A stretch of 5,216 nucleotides of DNA from a virus (Duplodnaviria > Heunggongvirae > Uroviricota > Caudoviricetes), in IMG/VR virus record IMGVR_UViG_2695420427_000008, positions 1 through 5,216 of that record; one strand, written 5' to 3'. Shown piece after piece: positions 1 to 5,216 of this stretch; position 1 is the stretch's first letter; the number at the start of each line of letters is the position of its first letter. Made by a program: the position numbers and the translations under genes. The notes under the pieces are model-generated. The model was not told the origin of the DNA. It searched no databases and saw only the letters and a list, made by a program, of their open reading frames with translations.

Positions 1-258
1 ACTGTCGCCAGACAAATTAACCCGTACATCAAAGTCGATATACCGGAAACAACGCGCGGCGCTCTTTACTCGTTCGTTTACAACGTGGGCGCTGGCAATT
101 TCAGAACATCGACGCTTCTTCGCAAAATAAACCAGGGCTATATCAAAGGCGCATGTGACCAGCTACGTCGCTGGACATATGCTGGCGGTAAGCAATGGAA
201 AGGGCTGATGACCCGTCGTGAGATTGAGCGTGAAGTCTGTTTGTGGGGGCAGCAATGA
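1..258 (+). CDS. R: Endolysin, GH24 (T4/P22-type) phage lysozyme family, C-terminal fragment (5' end outside window)
   Basis: Frame 1 is open from position 1 to TGA at 256-258. The translation ends ...[65 protein letters not shown], which I recognise as the conserved C-terminus of lambdoid GH24 lysozymes (RrrD-like). It lies immediately upstream of Rz with an ATGA stop/start overlap. Confidence 0.85.
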   Translation, partial: TVARQINPYIKVDIPETTRGALYSFVYNVGAGNFRTSTLLRKINQGYIKGACDQLRRWTYAGGKQWKGLMTRREIEREVCLWGQQ

Positions 259-722
259 GCAGAGTCACCGCGATTATCTCCGCTCTGGTTATCTGCATCA
301 TCGTCCGCCTGTCATGGGCTGTTAATCATTACCGTGATAACGCCATTACCTACAAAGAGCAGCGCGACAAAAACGCAAGAGAACTGAAGCTGGCGAACGC
401 AACCATTACTGACATGCAGCAGCGCCAGCGTGATGCTGATGCACTCGATGCTAAATACACGAAGGAGTTAGCTGATGCGAAAGCTGAAAATGATGCTCTT
501 CGGCGCAAGCTTGATAATGGTGGCAGGGTGCTCGTCAAAGGAAAATGCCCTGTGCCATCCTCAGCCGAAACCTCCAGCGCCTCCGGCATGGGCAATGATG
601 CCACCGTCGAACTCTCTCCAGTTGCTGGACGAAACGTTCTCAGTATCAGATCTGGAATCATCAGCGACCAAACATCACTGAGAACGCTTCAGGAATACAT
701 CAGGACGCAATGCCTTCGATGA
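255..722 (+). CDS. Rz: Rz i-spanin (inner-membrane spanin subunit)
   Basis: 155-aa ORF starting [17 protein letters not shown], an N-terminal transmembrane segment followed by a charged coiled-coil region and a C-terminal Cys; the first ~85 residues closely resemble lambda Rz. The ORF track starts at GTG 243, but ATG 255 overlaps the endolysin stop and matches the lambda Rz N-terminus. Rz1 is nested inside in the +1 frame. Confidence 0.9.
   Translation: MSRVTAIISALVICIIVRLSWAVNHYRDNAITYKEQRDKNARELKLANATITDMQQRQRDADALDAKYTKELADAKAENDALRRKLDNGGRVLVKGKCPVPSSAETSSASGMGNDATVELSPVAGRNVLSIRSGIISDQTSLRTLQEYIRTQCLR
475..681 (+). CDS. Rz1: Rz1 o-spanin (outer-membrane lipoprotein), embedded in +1 frame within Rz
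   Basis: 68-aa ORF fully inside Rz. Shine-Dalgarno GAAGGAG at 461-467 lies 7 nt upstream of ATG 475. Signal peptide [19 protein letters not shown] carries a lipobox (VAGC), followed by the proline-rich stretch [11 protein letters not shown] typical of Rz1. Confidence 0.85.
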   Translation: MRKLKMMLFGASLIMVAGCSSKENALCHPQPKPPAPPAWAMMPPSNSLQLLDETFSVSDLESSATKHH

Positions 723-895
723 TAGCGATAATTTTACTCATCATCCTTCACATCTGGCTCTGTAGACAGGGTGGTGCTCACTTCTGGAGTGAATCATGGT
801 TAAACATCTCATTGCTGATGCTTGATATTGAGCATCTGGCGCGCGGTAAGGGGCTGCGTTGAGATAACAGCCAGTCATTAAAAATACCTGGATTT

Positions 896-923
896 AGCCT
901 CGCATTCGCGGGGCTTTTTTATT
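896..923 (+). terminator. Probable rho-independent terminator downstream of the lysis cassette
   Basis: Stem AGCCTCGC (896-903) pairs with GCGGGGCT (908-915): 8 bp with one G-U wobble, loop ATTC, immediately followed by TTTTTTATT (915-923). It sits ~175 nt after the Rz stop. Confidence 0.5.
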
Positions 924-1232
924 GCCATTACAAAAGCCACTCCCTACAGAGTGGCTTTGATAATGGCTTATACCCTACACGGGATAACTTAACTGATATC
1001 CCTTTTAACGGATAAAGGTATTCAAGCCTGACACATCATGCGCTGTATCGTCGCCGTATTCCCGTATTAACAGAGACCGTAGCCCGACGGGGAACTCCTT
1101 CTGCGAGAGTGTGCGGGAATAATCAAAAACGATGCACACCGGGTTTTTACCGCGTTTATGGTTCGCGGGTTTGTCCCTCATGCTCGCCAGTCCTGTGCGA
1201 GGGTGGAAGAAACAGGACGTGTATTCAGGTCT

Positions 1233-1266
1233 GTGCGACCGTGGTCGCACGCATTTCTTTTATTGC
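1233..1266. promoter_or_regulatory. Perfect palindrome GTGCGACC-GT-GGTCGCAC followed by a T-rich tract; candidate operator or attenuator/terminator hairpin
   Basis: Positions 1233-1240 are the exact reverse complement of 1243-1250, followed by GCATTTCTTTTATTGC (1251-1266). It lies 13-30 nt upstream of the RBS/ATG of the small ORF at 1279. Confidence 0.4.
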
Positions 1267-1278
1267 TTTGAGGTAGAT

Positions 1279-1488
1279 ATGTCAGTTGCTGTTTTCGAGG
1301 CACTCAATGCACGTATTAACCAACTTGAAAGTAAGGTGAAGGAATACGAGCAGCGACAGGCTGAGGCAGATGAGAAGACTCAGAACGAACTTTTCCTGGA
1401 GTTTCTTGCCATCGTTCACGAACTGATGCCGTTAGTTAATCAGGCGCTGATGACAGGACTGAAGGATGGAGATTTACACAGTAGGTAA
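1279..1488 (+). CDS. Hypothetical small protein (69 aa), predicted largely helical/coiled-coil; accessory (moron-like) gene between lysis cassette and cos
   Basis: ATG 1279 is preceded by GAGG at 1270-1273 (5-nt spacing); stop TAA at 1486-1488. Product MSVAVFEALNARINQLESKVKEYEQRQAEADEKTQNELFLEFLAIVHELMPLVNQALMTGLKDGDLHSR. The ORF track's longer version from ATG 1132 has no RBS and reads across the palindrome, so the shorter start is preferred. No homolog recognised with confidence. Confidence 0.55.
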   Translation: MSVAVFEALNARINQLESKVKEYEQRQAEADEKTQNELFLEFLAIVHELMPLVNQALMTGLKDGDLHSR

Positions 1489-1537
1489 ACCTGATCTTCT
1501 GTCTTACGGGTCCTTTCCGGTGATCCGGAGCGTTACG

Positions 1538-1549
1538 GGGCGGAAGGCG
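1538..1549. other. cosN: cosN core (position of the 12-nt cohesive end); sequence here is GGGCGGAAGGCG
   Basis: Located by alignment to the lambda junction ...GTTACG | GGGCGGCGACCT | CGCGGGTTTTCGC. The window reads ...GTTACG GGGCGGAAGGCG CGCGGGTTTTCGC: same length, first 6 nt identical, last 6 nt differ (AAGGCG vs CGACCT as I recall lambda). Confidence 0.6.
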
Positions 1550-1589
1550 CGCGGGTTTTCGCTATTTATGAAAATTTTCCGGTTTAAGG

Positions 1590-1607
1590 CGTTTCCGTTC
1601 TTCTTCG
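1590..1607 (+). repeat. cosB R-element-like terminase small-subunit binding repeat (R3-like)
   Basis: CGTTTCCGTTCTTCTTCG matches the R-element motif family (CGTTTCC...) of lambda cosB and is related to the repeat at 1690-1701. Confidence 0.55.
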
Positions 1608-1646
1608 CCGTAACTTAATGTTTTTATTTAAAACACCCCCTGAAAA

Positions 1647-1701
1647 GAAAGGAAACGACAGATGCTGAAAACGGGCTTTTTGGCCTCTGTCGTTTCCTTT
1701 C
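1647..1701. repeat. 15-bp perfect inverted repeat (GAAAGGAAACGACAG / CTGTCGTTTCCTTTC) separated by 25 bp: cosB R-elements in opposite orientation
   Basis: 1647-1661 is the exact reverse complement of 1687-1701. The spacer contains GGGCTTTTTGGCC. The same architecture is present in lambda cosB, where gpNu1 binds. Confidence 0.7.
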
Positions 1702-1726
1702 TCTGTTTTTGTCCGTGGAATGAACA

Positions 1727-2246
1727 ATGGAAGTCAACAAAAAGCAGCTGGCTGATATTTTCGGTGCGAGTATCCGTACCATTCAGAACTGGCAGGAGCA
1801 GGGAATGCCCGTTCTGCGAGGCGGTGGAAAGGGTAATGAGGTGCTTTATGACTCTGCCGCCGTCATAAAATGGTATGCCGAAAGGGATGCTGAAATTGAG
1901 AACGAAAAGCTGCGCCGGGAAGTTGAAGAACTGCGGCAGGCCAGCGAGACAGATCTCCAGCCAGGGACTATTGAGTACGAACGCCATCGACTTACGCGTG
2001 CGCAGGCCGACGCACAGGAGCTGAAAAATGCCAGAGACTCCGCTGAAGTGGTGGAAACCGCATTCTGTACTTTCGTGCTGTCGCGGATCGCAGGTGAAAT
2101 TGCCAGTATTCTCGACGGGATCCCCCTGTCGGTGCAGCGGCGTTTTCCGGAACTGGAAAACCGACATGTTGATTTCCTGAAACGGGATATCATCAAAGCC
2201 ATGAACAAAGCAGCCGCGCTGGATGAACTGATACCGGGGTTGCTGA

Positions 2247-2272
<26 letters not shown>
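1727..2272 (+). CDS. nu1: Terminase small subunit gpNu1
   Basis: 181-aa ORF MEVNKKQLADIFGASIRTIQNWQEQGMPVLRGGGKGNEVLYDSAAVIKWYAER..., near-identical to lambda gpNu1 as I recall it (N-terminal winged HTH that binds cosB). Same length as lambda Nu1 (546 nt). Confidence 0.97.

Positions 2273-5216
<2,944 letters not shown>

Larger units (their letters stand above)
1506..1726. other. cos: cos site (cosQ - cosN - cosB) of a lambda-type packaging system
   Basis: TTACGGGTCCTTTCCGGTGATCCG...GTTACG upstream and CGCGGGTTTTCGCTATTTATGAAAATTTTCCGGTTTAAGGCGTTTCCGTTCTTCTTCG downstream match my recollection of the lambda right and left ends. The spacing from the cosN core to the Nu1 start is ~190 bp, as in lambda. 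Confidence 0.85.

Noticed and set aside
243-254. GTG at 243 as the Rz start (as given in the ORF track).
   Set aside because: ATG 255 matches the lambda Rz N-terminus (MSRVTAII...) and forms the typical ATGA overlap with the endolysin stop.
350-661. 103-aa minus-strand ORF inside Rz/Rz1.
   Set aside because: Antisense to a confidently identified nested gene pair; Ser/Ala-rich low-complexity translation typical of a shadow ORF.
723-760. Short minus-strand start-like sequence (AGGATGATGAGTAAAATTATCGCTATCATCGAAGGC..., about 13 codons) just downstream of Rz. It could be the remnant 5' end of a gene once located here, such as a bor-like gene.
   Set aside because: It terminates after ~13 codons inside the Rz 3' end; too short to call, with no supporting homology I can verify.
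1027-1200. Possible sigma70 promoter hexamers for the small ORF (e.g. TGACAC near 1028, TTGTCC at 1172).
   Set aside because: No convincing -10 hexamer at 16-18 bp spacing; promoter calls by eye here would be unreliable.
1005-1250. Minus-strand ORF (81 aa from a GTG; 58 aa from the internal ATG at 1181-1179), divergent from the small + strand ORF with the palindrome between them. This would be a regulator/target-like layout.
   Set aside because: No convincing Shine-Dalgarno before either start, the Arg/Pro-rich low-complexity N-terminus is not protein-like, the GTG start lies inside the palindrome, and the ORF overlaps the + strand ORF extension. Kept only as a low-probability candidate to test by homology search.
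1132-1278. N-terminal extension of the small ORF starting at ATG 1132 (118-aa version in the ORF track).
   Set aside because: No RBS upstream of 1132, and the extension reads through the perfect palindrome/hairpin. A strong RBS precedes ATG 1279, so the 69-aa product is preferred.
1628-2208. Minus-strand ORFs (179 aa and 120 aa) and a + strand out-of-frame ORF (1662-1868) overlapping cosB and Nu1.
   Set aside because: They overlap the terminase small subunit gene and the cos site; shadow ORFs with no start signals.

Overview
This window is the lysis-to-packaging junction of a lambda-family (lambdoid) phage or prophage, read on the + strand. It contains the 3' end of a GH24-type endolysin gene (1-258), the nested spanin pair Rz (255-722) and Rz1 (475-681, +1 frame), an ~800 bp accessory segment (723-1505), a lambda-type cos site (cosQ/cosN/cosB, about 1506-1726), and the packaging genes Nu1 (1727-2272), A (2247-4172), W (4169-4375) and the 5' part of portal gene B (4372 to window end). 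From cosQ onward the sequence is, as far as I can recall, co-linear with phage lambda, with intact reading frames; the lysis cassette is of a different type, which is the usual lambdoid mosaicism. I do not see a multi-gene novel system. The only uncharacterised material is the accessory segment, which carries a probable intrinsic terminator, a perfect 18-bp palindrome, and one well-signalled 69-codon ORF of unknown function. The other point worth checking is that the 12-nt cosN core appears to differ from the canonical lambda cohesive end while its flanks are conserved. All comparisons to lambda are from memory and unverified. No tRNA, rRNA, CRISPR array or IS element is evident.
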